A stretch of 64,000 nucleotides of DNA from an uncultured delta proteobacterium (lineage in GTDB: Bacteria; Desulfobacterota; Desulfuromonadia; Geobacterales; Pseudopelobacteraceae): the NCBI GenBank assembly GCA_963772835.1, contig CAVYYZ010000008.1, forward strand, positions 64,001 through 128,000. Direction: 5' to 3'. The first letter of the stretch is position 1. Each line of letters opens with the position of its first letter. The position numbers were made by a program, and so were the translations under genes. This document shows positions 63,625-64,000 of the stretch, one piece after another. Under the pieces are notes generated by a model. It did not search any database, was not told the origin of the DNA, and saw only the letters and a program-made list of their open reading frames with translations.

Positions 63625-64000
63625 ATGGAAACCCTTTTCTTCCTGATCATAACATTGGTGGCGATTGTATCGGCGATCCTGGTGGTCACCTGCAAAAACC
63701 CTATCAATAGCGCACTGTCGCTTATTATGACCTTTTTCTGCCTGGCTACCTATTATGTCATGCTGGATGCGCCATTTATGGCCGCCGTTCAGGTCATGGT
63801 ATATGCCGGTGCAATCATGGTTCTCATGGTGTTCACAATCATGCTGCTAAATATACGGGTTGATGCCACGAAGAAGCATTCGCATAAACTCATATTCGGC
63901 TCAATCATTGGGTTCTTTACCGTTCTGAATCTTATTGTAGTTCTTGTCAAGAGTCGGGCAGCACTCCCGACAGGACCATACACCGGTGAAATGATCAAAA
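63625..64000 (+). CDS. nuoJ: NADH-quinone oxidoreductase subunit J, truncated by window end
   Basis: ATG after AGGAG; own translation METLFFLII...KNPINSAL...AAVQVMVYAGAIMVL (not in the ORF track). Confidence 0.93.
   Translation, partial: METLFFLIITLVAIVSAILVVTCKNPINSALSLIMTFFCLATYYVMLDAPFMAAVQVMVYAGAIMVLMVFTIMLLNIRVDATKKHSHKLIFGSIIGFFTVLNLIVVLVKSRAALPTGPYTGEMIK

Overview
This window looks like a chromosomal segment from a Geobacteraceae-like Desulfobacterota (inferred from gene content and order). Most of it is core genome: serS and tRNA-Ser(TGA), an L-Ara4N (arn) lipid A modification cluster with split arnA, hemE, tatA, leuCD, larB-larC-cinA, mutM-recA-pilT-recX-alaS, argBDFG-NUDIX-hypothetical-argH, exeA/gspB, the Fo genes atpZ-I-B-E, hemL and nuoA-J. 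The main accessory feature is a ~9.5 kb island between cinA and mutM/recA (23919-33428) that reads as a decaying chromosomal integron. It has a frameshifted C-terminal IntI remnant (+ strand), divergent from a minus-strand array of genes separated by five 60-91 bp attC-like sites. The array carries a heme-c-sensing diguanylate cyclase, an HD-GYP phosphodiesterase and a stand-alone PAS protein. The island also holds a broken RAYT transposase, a cytochrome P460-family gene and an M23 peptidase preceded by what looks like a degraded GEMM-I cyclic-dinucleotide riboswitch. Other points of interest are a NUDIX plus cryptic nitrilase-fold (Glu-Lys-Cys) gene pair inside the arg operon, a HydB-like (possibly electron-bifurcating) NuoF, larBC coupled to cinA, and a family of CACGAA-periodic inverted-repeat elements. 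All calls come from reading the sequence; no searches were run.
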